Origin: a virus
Taxonomy: Duplodnaviria; Heunggongvirae; Uroviricota; Caudoviricetes
Direction: 5' to 3' (one strand)
DNA: 18,526 nt
IMG/VR virus record: IMGVR_UViG_2703718818_000001
Coordinates: 1-18,526 of that record
Shown: piece by piece, positions 6,926 to 13,579 of the stretch
Position numbering within the stretch: position 1 is the first letter of the stretch
How the letters are laid out: each line of letters starts with the position of its first letter
Program-made: the position numbers and the translations under genes
Notes under the pieces: generated by a model
What the model saw: only the letters and a program-made list of their open reading frames with translations
Told to the model about the DNA's origin: nothing
Databases searched by the model: none

Positions 6926-7485
6926 TGGTTGCCTCCTTTGCGAAGCTCAGCGGCGAAGGCTACTGCGTGATCATGATGTTCAAGTGTGTATGCACACTCC
7001 GCAAACATCTCCACGCCCTGCGCTCGTACTTCAGCCAGGAAAGCATCGGTGGCAGGCATATTTCCTGTTGCTTTCATGGCCTCCAAGATAACCAGAACGC
7101 CATCTCGCCCAACCTCCTCAGCGATAACCTCGGTGTTGTCGCCAACAACATCGCAGAATGCCTGAACTGCTTTACGAGCAAGTGCATTCTCCGCCGCCAG
7201 CGCCACAAGATTAGCTTCCAGCTCTGCAATACGTTTGCTTTGGGCTTCCCGTTCATCCAGCAGTGCCTGTACTACTTCAGGGTTGAAAGCTGCAATAAAT
7301 TCTGCGTTGTTCTCTGCATTTTTCTGGTCATCAAAGCCAGGCCATTTGATAATGTCTCCGCAACGTTCATCCCCCGGCGTATGCACCGCATATGTATCAG
7401 TGCCCGGCGAAATGAATGCGACCCATTCGCCCTGGGTTGCCAGTTTTGCTATCTCACGTAGCGTCTGATAATTAATTTTTCTCAC
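6922..7485 (-). CDS. Ead/Ea22-like protein (paralog 2)
   Basis: Preferred start is the GTG at 7485, with the same GGAGG-CAACCA-GTGAG context as paralog 1 (the ORF track's longest start is 7512). Shares INYQTLREIAKLATQGEW and NAEFIAAFNPEVVQALLDERE. Confidence 0.6.
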   Translation of the reverse strand: MRKINYQTLREIAKLATQGEWVAFISPGTDTYAVHTPGDERCGDIIKWPGFDDQKNAENNAEFIAAFNPEVVQALLDEREAQSKRIAELEANLVALAAENALARKAVQAFCDVVGDNTEVIAEEVGRDGVLVILEAMKATGNMPATDAFLAEVRAQGVEMFAECAYTLEHHDHAVAFAAELRKGGNQ

Positions 7486-7777
7486 TGGTTGCCTCCTGGA
7501 AAATAACCGCATGTCCCAGTTTCTCCGCCAGTGCCAGTTCTGCCTTAGCGCCTGCCGACCGCTGCCAGCCTTTCAGCATGTAAATCGCATCCACGCAGCG
7601 TATCATCGCCATGCAAATATCCATGTAGTGTGGCTGTGTCAGTCCGTCCGGAAGTACTGCCGGGTTTAAAACGGTATGCCCTTCCCGTTTCAGTGCTTCT
7701 TCCGCCCTGTGAAACGCCTCACGGTTGAAATTTTCATATCCCGTCATCGGACCGGCGATATAAATTCTCACCCTCAC
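7472..7777 (-). CDS. DUF4406-family protein (nucleoside 2-deoxyribosyltransferase-like fold)
   Basis: 101 aa; N-terminal RIYIAGPMTG motif typical of DUF4406. GTG start at 7777 with AGGAGGG 7 nt upstream, overlapping the upstream stop. Confidence 0.65.
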   Translation of the reverse strand: MRVRIYIAGPMTGYENFNREAFHRAEEALKREGHTVLNPAVLPDGLTQPHYMDICMAMIRCVDAIYMLKGWQRSAGAKAELALAEKLGHAVIFQEATSEKN

Positions 7778-8055
7778 GCCTGAACCCTCCTGTCGAAATA
7801 AACGTAGTTATTCACTGCGCCCAACTTCATCCCAAACTTTTCGGCAATTTCCCGTCGGGGTACGCCACGCTGATGCAGTTGCCGCGCCAGCTCAATATCA
7901 CGCTGTGAACATTTGGCTGACTGGTGATAATCACCCCGTAACATCATGCAGATACCCAGTTCCCGCGCTTTCGTCCTGACGGCAGCCCCACTACGGCCAA
8001 TCAGACTGCCGATGCTTTCGACTGTCATCGTTCCCGCACACTGCCGGAGTATCAT
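7774..8055 (-). CDS. Hypothetical small protein with possible HTH
   Basis: The ORF track extends to 8178, but that N-terminal extension overlaps the upstream gene and is low-complexity. The in-frame ATG at 8055 gives a 93-aa product MILRQCAGTMTVESIGSLIGRSGAAVRTKARELG... Start is ambiguous (8055, 8028 or 8178). Confidence 0.4.
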   Translation of the reverse strand: MILRQCAGTMTVESIGSLIGRSGAAVRTKARELGICMMLRGDYHQSAKCSQRDIELARQLHQRGVPRREIAEKFGMKLGAVNNYVYFDRRVQA

Positions 8056-8087
8056 AATTTCCGCCCAGCGCCACTTCTTCCAGCCAC

Positions 8088-8849
8088 TCACCGCAGCAGC
8101 TCTCTGGTGGCGGTAATATCCCGGAGAATATCCCTGTGTTTGTTCAGTTCCCGCAGCGCGGCACAGACTCGCTCCCACTTCTGAACATCACTTTTCGCCC
8201 TGCGCAGCGCCAGGTTTGCCCTGCACAGGGACAGAAAAATCAGCTCATCTGCTTGCGTTTCGGTAAACGATGGCAACGACTGCACAATGTCCGCCACTGT
8301 TTCTGTTTTAATATCTTCCTGTGTTGCAGATTCCTGTACTGGTAACGCAACACCTGCTGGCTGAGGAAAGGCCTTACCATCATTTTCCGTTACCGGCACG
8401 GCTTTCGGCTCTGCTGGTAAATTATCGCCCGGCATGCAGTAACGAAATTTACCGTTCTGATTTACGCGTGCCAGGCGTCCCGTTGCGGTTACCACCGCCA
8501 ACGTGGAAGCAACCTTGCGAATGCTAACACCGAACTTATCCGCCAGTTCCTCACACGTTTTAGCCCCCTCCTGACCGATAAACTCAATCATCATGTCTGC
8601 GGTAACTTTTTGTTCGACCTCCCCGGTCAGCACATCCGGTACTTCAGACTGTTCTGGCTGCTCTTCGGTTACCCCGGATTCACCTTCGCCAGCCAGAAAC
8701 CAGATGTGACCCGCTTTATCAACAACGCCATTTCTTTTGAGTTCCCACAGTTCGTTGAGAACCTCTTCACGACTGATATCAAGCCGCTCAGCCAGTCCAA
8801 CAGAGCTGGCTTTTCCCATTGCTTTCAGTGCGTCAAAAACGGTTTCCAT
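8088..8849 (-). CDS. Hypothetical phage protein with N-terminal winged-helix-like domain (recalled as DUF1627-like)
   Basis: 253 aa. ATG at 8849 with AGGAGG 8 nt upstream. N-terminal [45 protein letters not shown]. Family name not verified. Confidence 0.55.
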   Translation of the reverse strand: METVFDALKAMGKASSVGLAERLDISREEVLNELWELKRNGVVDKAGHIWFLAGEGESGVTEEQPEQSEVPDVLTGEVEQKVTADMMIEFIGQEGAKTCEELADKFGVSIRKVASTLAVVTATGRLARVNQNGKFRYCMPGDNLPAEPKAVPVTENDGKAFPQPAGVALPVQESATQEDIKTETVADIVQSLPSFTETQADELIFLSLCRANLALRRAKSDVQKWERVCAALRELNKHRDILRDITATRELLR

Positions 8850-8882
8850 TAAAATTTCCTCCTACAAAATCGCTTCTCAGAT

Positions 8883-9545
8883 TCAAATAAAACCAGCTGC
8901 CTTCCGGCGTTCGTATTCCTGTTTCAGCCATTCAATTGGCGTTGGCCCTTTCGGGTGTTTCGCCCCTTCCAGTTGTCGTCGCACTGGCGGAACACTCATC
9001 CCGTTACCAACATGCTTTGCCCATTTCGTCAGTTGCCGTTCCGCAAGTCGTTTTAACTCACCCTGCGTCATCTGGCGCTCAATCCCTCTGGTACGCATTT
9101 CGAGGCAGATGTGGTACAGCACAGGCTGTGGCCACGGGTATTTATCACTCCCGTCGTATCGCCAGGATTCATTGCGCCAGCGCCGGTACTCTTCCATCAC
9201 GGCATCCACCGTAAGACCAAATGGATTTGCCCCACTCTCCGAAATCAGTGCAACAAACTCAGCCAGGTCCGGGGGCCACGTTTCACCCGCCCGGCAGCGG
9301 TCCATGCACTGACGGCAGACCAGCCGGATTTGCTGTTCAGTCATCGCGCCAATCTGGGCAATCCAGAGCTTCGAAGGTGCGGCCCCGTTCTTCTGTGTCC
9401 AGCGGTTCGAATACACCTCCCCCATAAGCTCCCACAGCTTCCAGGCCGTTTCCGTTGCTGATAAATCCGTTTTCACGTTCCCACTGTTCGCGTGCTGCCC
9501 GGATTTCCTGAACTGCCCGTGATGCCGTGCCACCTGATGCTGCAT
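8883..9545 (-). CDS. Replication protein P-like (DnaB helicase loader)
   Basis: 220 aa. The C-terminal two-thirds align by eye with lambda P (GLTVDAVMEEYRRWRNESWRYDGSDKYPWPQPVLYHICLE versus lambda GLPNVSELVDMVYEYCRKRGLYPDAESYPWKSNAHYWLVTNL). ATG at 9545 has AAGGGGG 6 nt upstream. An alternative ATG at 9344 would cut the overlap with the O-like gene to 8 nt. Confidence 0.7.
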   Translation of the reverse strand: MQHQVARHHGQFRKSGQHANSGNVKTDLSATETAWKLWELMGEVYSNRWTQKNGAAPSKLWIAQIGAMTEQQIRLVCRQCMDRCRAGETWPPDLAEFVALISESGANPFGLTVDAVMEEYRRWRNESWRYDGSDKYPWPQPVLYHICLEMRTRGIERQMTQGELKRLAERQLTKWAKHVGNGMSVPPVRRQLEGAKHPKGPTPIEWLKQEYERRKAAGFI

Positions 9546-10347
9546 GGCTTACCCCCTTGCTGACTGGTTTTACCTGTGCCCTGACGTGCTGCACGTGGCG
9601 GGCAAATTTCTGCTCCCACTGAATCTGCGTGAAAACCTTCCCCTCCGCCATCCAGTAATCCCGGAATGCGGCAAGCTCTGCAGGTGTAAATTCCGGCTCA
9701 GGCAGAGCCATACCCCACACTGCTGCCCGTTGTCGAAAATCCGGCGACGGCTGCCAGACAGTGGTCATCGAAAATTTCCCGATCGGTTCGCTCAGGCCGT
9801 CCAGGTATTCAGGTTCGGCTGTCTGCAACGGCGCACCATGCGACTCACTGGTCGGAATACTCTCGCGTTCACGCACGTTATGTGTGGGGTTTAATTCTTT
9901 TAGATCTGTATCTTTATTAGTTGCTTTTGTGTTTGCGTCATGTTCAAACACAACACCAACATTTGTTTGAACACCTGTTAAATCTCTCTCTTGTTTTGTT
10001 TGAACATATACTTCCTTTCTGCTTCTTCTGGCCTGAACAGATGCTTTTCCGGCGGCTGATTTTTTGGTCAATTTTTCCCTGACTGATGCCAGATCTTCCT
10101 CAATCCGAAGATGCACCCATTCATCGCCGTTATCGCAAAAAAACTCCCGCAAGGATGGTTCCACATCAGCCCATCGCTCGTTAGTCAGACGGGAAATTTT
10201 TGCCAGCCTGTTTTTAGGTATTGGTTTCCCTGTTTGCCAGTAATTGAACATCAGCAACAAATACGCACCGTGCTCCTCTGCGGACAAATGCATGGTGTCA
10301 GCCAGGTAATCAGCTATGTACAGTTGCATGTATGGTAATGCGGCCAT
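9337..10347 (-). CDS. Replication initiation protein, O-like / DUF1376 (YdaU-like)
   Basis: Preferred ATG at 10347 with GAGG 5 nt upstream (ORF track start at 10401 is a TTG). N-terminal MAALPYMQLYIADYLADTMHLSAEEHGAYLLLMFNYWQTGKPIP is typical of DUF1376. The 3' end runs 209 nt out of frame over the P-like ORF. Confidence 0.65.
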   Translation of the reverse strand: MAALPYMQLYIADYLADTMHLSAEEHGAYLLLMFNYWQTGKPIPKNRLAKISRLTNERWADVEPSLREFFCDNGDEWVHLRIEEDLASVREKLTKKSAAGKASVQARRSRKEVYVQTKQERDLTGVQTNVGVVFEHDANTKATNKDTDLKELNPTHNVRERESIPTSESHGAPLQTAEPEYLDGLSEPIGKFSMTTVWQPSPDFRQRAAVWGMALPEPEFTPAELAAFRDYWMAEGKVFTQIQWEQKFARHVQHVRAQVKPVSKGVSHAASGGTASRAVQEIRAAREQWERENGFISNGNGLEAVGAYGGGVFEPLDTEERGRTFEALDCPDWRDD

Positions 10348-10433
10348 AATTGCCTCATCTTGTGACGAACCATCCTCTGGTGATATTCTGTGATTCCCCA
10401 ATCAACAGAATCAGCAGGGGGCTGGCATAAATA

Positions 10434-10871
10434 TCAATGCACCACAACAGACTCGCCGGATGACCCGCCGTCGCTGAAATACGCTTTCCGGTAAACGGCC
10501 TGGACAGCATCATCATGTGCATCAATTGCCGTGCTCAACGCTTCCTGCGCCGCCAGTAATGCACGGCGCTCAACAGTGTCAAAAATACTGAGGTGATAAC
10601 GCAGTTCACGCGGAAGAACAGTCAGGATAGCCGGAATTAGTGCCTGAATTTTTTCAACAGCATCAGGCGTATCCTTTTCAAGCCAGCGAAAAATATTTTG
10701 TATATTCAATCCAATACCCTCTGTCGTAGAGGTGTCATGCATTGGTGGATAAGTCATTTCAAGCTCAAAATATGCTGTCGCTATATCATCAGCGATTTTT
10801 TTGCGCCCTACCCTCGGATAAAGCAGCCACGCATTCATCGCCATGCGGATGTGCTCATGCTTGATTTTCAT
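10434..10871 (-). CDS. YdaT-like protein (cII-position regulator of Rac-type immunity regions)
   Basis: 145 aa beginning MKIKHEHI, which I recall as typical of YdaT. ATG overlaps the stop of the cro-like gene (ATGA). Confidence 0.65.
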   Translation of the reverse strand: MKIKHEHIRMAMNAWLLYPRVGRKKIADDIATAYFELEMTYPPMHDTSTTEGIGLNIQNIFRWLEKDTPDAVEKIQALIPAILTVLPRELRYHLSIFDTVERRALLAAQEALSTAIDAHDDAVQAVYRKAYFSDGGSSGESVVVH

Positions 10872-11128
10872 GAATCAACTCCCGCCGCTGCTTGTGCGTT
10901 AGCCTGATACTCAACAGGTAAACCATCGGTTGGATTAGGGTATTTATCAGGGCGCAATTCATGCGGAGTTACTCCCCAGTCAAGCGCCTCACATGCTGGT
11001 ATAACCTCCTCCGCTGGCACTCGTTTTTTAAACCACCCACTTATGGTTTGCGGTGTTTTACCAAGACGACGCCCTAATTCTGATTGGCTCATTATTGACA
11101 GGATTTTCACTTGAGTACTTTTTTGCAT
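10868..11128 (-). CDS. Cro/YdaS-like HTH regulator
   Basis: 86 aa with HTH segment SQSELGRRLGKTPQTISGW. ATG at 11128 with GGAGGG 4 nt upstream. Divergent from the repressor gene. Confidence 0.7.
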   Translation of the reverse strand: MQKSTQVKILSIMSQSELGRRLGKTPQTISGWFKKRVPAEEVIPACEALDWGVTPHELRPDKYPNPTDGLPVEYQANAQAAAGVDS

Positions 11129-11254
11129 GTTTCCCTCCGAACTTTACGATGACACCGATGATTACAAATTTAATTTTAAATTTCAACTTCTATTTGTAAT
11201 GCCACTTATCAATTTTTTCTGTAGGATCGCGGAACTAGTTTACGAGGGGTGGTG
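11129..11254. promoter_or_regulatory. Immunity-region divergent promoter/operator region (OR-like)
   Basis: 126-bp AT-rich intergenic region between divergent HTH genes. Inverted half-sites TTACAAAT (11162-11169) and ATTTGTAA (11192-11199); imperfect palindrome AAATTTAA-TT-TTAAATTT (11166-11183). Confidence 0.55.
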
Positions 11255-11647
11255 ATGATCTTTGTAAAACGCCTTCAGCAGGTGTTGCAGGAATTGAATA
11301 TAAACCAGTCAGAGCTGGGAAGACGTCTTGGTGTAAAACCCCAATCCGTGCAAGGTTGGTTGAAAGGCGTGATGCCAAGAATGGATAAACTGGAAAAATT
11401 AGCAGAGCTCTCACAACATCCCGTCCATTGGTTCTTTATGGAAGAAGAAACTCTCGGCGATAAAATGGCTGTATCCAGTAATGACAACCAACCGCAACTT
11501 ACAGAACAACAACGAAAAATCATATCGCTTTTAGATGAGTTACCTCAAAGCGACGCAGAGCAGATCATTCGTGATATGGAGCAAAAACGCGATTTCTATA
11601 AACGGAAACTTGAAGAGTTACTGCGGCAGAAAAACAAAACTGCCTGA
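11255..11647 (+). CDS. CI/RacR-like prophage repressor: HTH protein with no peptidase (S24) domain
   Basis: 130 aa from the ATG at 11255 (GAGGGG 5 nt upstream). HTH segment NQSELGRRLGVKPQSVQGW closely matches the cro-like protein's HTH. C-terminal half is charged and coiled-coil-like, with no Ser-Lys protease motifs. Confidence 0.7.
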   Translation: MIFVKRLQQVLQELNINQSELGRRLGVKPQSVQGWLKGVMPRMDKLEKLAELSQHPVHWFFMEEETLGDKMAVSSNDNQPQLTEQQRKIISLLDELPQSDAEQIIRDMEQKRDFYKRKLEELLRQKNKTA

Positions 11648-11677
11648 TGCATTCCTTTTCTGGAACGAGCATCAGGC
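11630..11677 (-). terminator. Hairpin (GCCTGATGC / GCATCAGGC, 18-nt loop) with a U-rich tail on the minus strand; candidate higBA terminator overlapping the repressor stop codon
   Basis: 9-bp inverted repeat at 11642-11650 and 11669-11677; plus-strand A-rich run at 11630-11641. Confidence 0.35.
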
Positions 11678-11693
11678 AAATGACTAGCAGATT

Positions 11694-12053
11694 TTATAAT
11701 CCAACCAGGCTTTCCAGGGGGATACCAAATTGATTATGAAGACGGCGAATCATTGGTAACGTAAGGCTTCTGGTACCATTCAACACCTCATAAACCCGAT
11801 TTTTTTTCCCAATTGCGGGTTCCAAATCTTTCACAGTCAGCCCCTGCTGTTCCATGCGAAATCTTATAGCTTCAATTGGGGATGGTGGCTCAATGGGATA
11901 ATGTTTTTTTTCATATTCCTCTATTAGCAAACACATCACCTCAAAAAAATCCCCCTCAGGCGTGTCAATTTCGGGCTCATTGTCGAACATGGGTTCAACA
12001 GCACGCAACGCGGCTTCATAATCTTGCTCTGTACGAATAGGTTTGATGTTCAT
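11694..12053 (-). CDS. higA: HigA-like antitoxin (C-terminal XRE-type HTH)
   Basis: 119 aa. C-terminal GLTVKDLEPAIGKKNRVYEVLNGTRSLTLPMIRRLHNQFGIP is an XRE-type HTH. ATG lies 2 nt after the stop of the upstream toxin gene, giving the toxin-first order typical of HigBA. Confidence 0.75.
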   Translation of the reverse strand: MNIKPIRTEQDYEAALRAVEPMFDNEPEIDTPEGDFFEVMCLLIEEYEKKHYPIEPPSPIEAIRFRMEQQGLTVKDLEPAIGKKNRVYEVLNGTRSLTLPMIRRLHNQFGIPLESLVGL

Positions 12054-12055
12054 GC

Positions 12056-12358
12056 TTACTCCAGTTCGATGGTATCAGCATCAATAGCATCGTATTCCTT
12101 GTGGTTTCCGATGAATTTAACAAATACCCATCCTCGCTGATACGCAATTGCAACAATTAAACGGTAATGATTACCTTTTATGTTGAATACCACGCGCCGG
12201 TTTTTCAATATACTGGCCGTTCGGTATTGTGCCTTAATGTCTGCTGGGCTTTTCCAGTCAGCTTTTGCCGCCTCATCCACCCATGCCCTTAGCGGTTGTT
12301 CTGCATCAGGATTCTCCGCCCAAAAATCCCTGAGTGTTTTAACTGAGATAATCTTCAT
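12056..12358 (-). CDS. higB: HigB-like toxin (RelE/ParE superfamily mRNA interferase)
   Basis: 100 aa from the ATG at 12358. C-terminal ...NIKGNHYRLIVAIAYQRGWVFVKFIGNHKEYD matches the HigB pattern as I recall it. The ORF track's 240-aa version (to 12778) is an upstream open-frame extension. Confidence 0.75.
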   Translation of the reverse strand: MKIISVKTLRDFWAENPDAEQPLRAWVDEAAKADWKSPADIKAQYRTASILKNRRVVFNIKGNHYRLIVAIAYQRGWVFVKFIGNHKEYDAIDADTIELE

Positions 12359-12369
12359 AACTGTATAGT

Positions 12370-12386
12370 AGTCCCATTTTGGGACT
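12370..12386. promoter_or_regulatory. Perfect inverted repeat AGTCCCA-TTT-TGGGACT, 12-28 nt upstream of the higB start; candidate HigA operator
   Basis: 7-bp arms at 12370-12376 and 12380-12386. Confidence 0.4.
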
Positions 12387-12401
12387 GATGCAACAGCTCG
12401 C

Positions 12402-12456
12402 AATTGCAAATTTAATAATAAACATGTTGACCAGTTAAATTTTAATTTGTAAATTG
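12402..12456 (+). promoter_or_regulatory. pL-like early-left promoter (TTGACC-17 nt-TAAATT) flanked by operator-like repeats related to those in the cI/cro region
   Basis: -35 at 12427-12432, -10 at 12450-12455. AATTGCAAATTTAAT (12402-12416) differs by one base from ATTACAAATTTAAT in the OR-like region, and ATTTGTAA recurs at 12445-12452. Confidence 0.5.
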
Positions 12457-12632
12457 TATCCATAAACCCACCCCGCCCCACAGAACGCAGGGCAATACTT
12501 CGAGTTACCCGGCAGTGGTCAGGGGTTAAGTAGCCAGCCTGAGGCGTATGAACATGACGGCGGGGATTACGTTTAACTATGCAGCAGGTTTTTTGTTCCG
12601 CTACCCCGGCGTTAAGGGGAAATGAGGTCAAC

Positions 12633-12785
12633 ATGGATACGCTCAATCTTGGCAACAACGAATCTCTGGTATGCGGTGTGTTCCCTAACCAGGACGGCAC
12701 GTTTACCGCGATGACGTATACCAAAAGTAAAAAGTTTAAAACCGAAGCTGGCGCGCGTCGCTGGTTAGCCAGAAACACTAACTGA
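12633..12785 (+). CDS. Small hypothetical protein (50 aa), first ORF of the early-left transcript; possibly YdaF/DUF1391-like
   Basis: ATG at 12633 with GAGG 5 nt upstream (the ORF track start at 12579 is a longer in-frame extension). Translation MDTLNLGNNESLVCGVFPNQDGTFTAMTYTKSKKFKTEAGARRWLARNTN. Family name is a weak recollection. Confidence 0.4.
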   Translation: MDTLNLGNNESLVCGVFPNQDGTFTAMTYTKSKKFKTEAGARRWLARNTN

Positions 12786-12822
12786 TTAGCACCAGTAAAA
12801 ACAGGTTGCCACTGGTTAATTT

Positions 12823-12842
12823 ACCCTGAAAAGTCAGGGTAT
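12823..12842 (+). other. Perfect hairpin TACCCTGA-AAAG-TCAGGGTA with no U tract; boxB-like RNA element or processing site
   Basis: 8-bp arms with a 4-nt loop, about 40 nt after the 50-aa ORF stop. The boxB comparison is speculative. Confidence 0.3.
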
Positions 12843-13579
12843 AACACGAAAGCGCACGGCGAAGCTCTTTCCCTTAGAAGGCTTGTCGTTAGATTTCTTC
12901 GAACGTGCGCTTCCGGTTGTGGCAATCCGCGAAATGGCGCGGCGGTAAGTATGGCTGGGGTTTCCTCCATTGCTCCAGAAAATGCACCGGGTTGTCAGGT
13001 TGACCATACGATTAAGTGACAGCCCCGCCACAATACCCATGTGTAGTCTTTGGTGGCATCAGTTCTACTCCGTGACTGCTCTGCCACCCTTTTTAAAGTG
13101 AATTTTGTGATGCGGTGAATGCGGCTAAGCGCACGCGGAACAGTTAAAACCGTAAAGTGGTCTTTTACGGGGCGTAACGGGCATACTTCTGTATTCCGGC
13201 GTTAATTGTTAACTGGTTAACGTCACCTGGAGGCACCAGGCACTGCATCGACAAAGTTCACTTCGGTGATGAAAGGTAAGAGAAAATGTTGAATGTAGCT
13301 ATTGAAAACCAGAACGGGTGGAATTATAGTGCACCTGCACCTCATAAAGCGGGTGCCGGGATTGCTACCCCGATGTTCATCATGGCGCATAACCGCGCTC
13401 AGGCGGTTTTTTTATGCGTAATGCACAGCCACATTCAGATTATGGTGGGGCGTGCAGGGCAGCCGCAAGGCTGGCCGGGTTCCATGATGACCGGTTGTAG
13501 CAACCCTGTGCGTCTCACCACCCATGAGATTGCTACCTCCGGTGGTGAGTTAATGAAATTCATCATGGAGGCTGCCATC

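Noticed and set aside
7486-7512. Longer ATG-initiated version of the second Ea22-like ORF
   Set aside because: The GTG at 7485 has the same GGAGG-CAACCA-GTGAG context as the paralog's start and avoids a deeper overlap with the DUF4406 gene.
8056-8178. N-terminal extension of the 7774-8178 ORF
   Set aside because: It overlaps the 3' end of the upstream gene by about 90 nt and is low-complexity (W/K/R/A-rich). Internal ATGs at 8055 or 8028 give a compact HTH-like protein.
10348-10401. TTG-initiated start of the O-like ORF
   Set aside because: The ATG at 10347 with GAGG 5 nt upstream begins exactly at the conserved DUF1376 N-terminus (MAALPYMQLYIADY...).
12056-12778. 240-aa minus-strand ORF from the six-frame track
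   Set aside because: Only the C-terminal 100 codons (from the ATG at 12358) look like a protein, the HigB-like toxin. The upstream 140 codons run through the pL-like promoter, the operator repeats and the start of the plus-strand 50-aa ORF, and have implausible composition.
12633-12785. Whether the 50-aa first early-left ORF is an N-type antiterminator
   Set aside because: It is half the size of known N proteins, has no N-terminal arginine-rich motif, and no boxA-like sequence is evident in the leader. It is kept only as a hypothetical small protein.
13286-13579. N-terminal extension of the Rha ORF (track start at 13286)
   Set aside because: The Rha-like domain begins near residue 99 of the long ORF. 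The extension contains a terminator-like hairpin with T7 run and has odd composition (MHSHIQIMVGRAGQ...). Better-supported starts with Shine-Dalgarno sequences are at 13553 or 13580.
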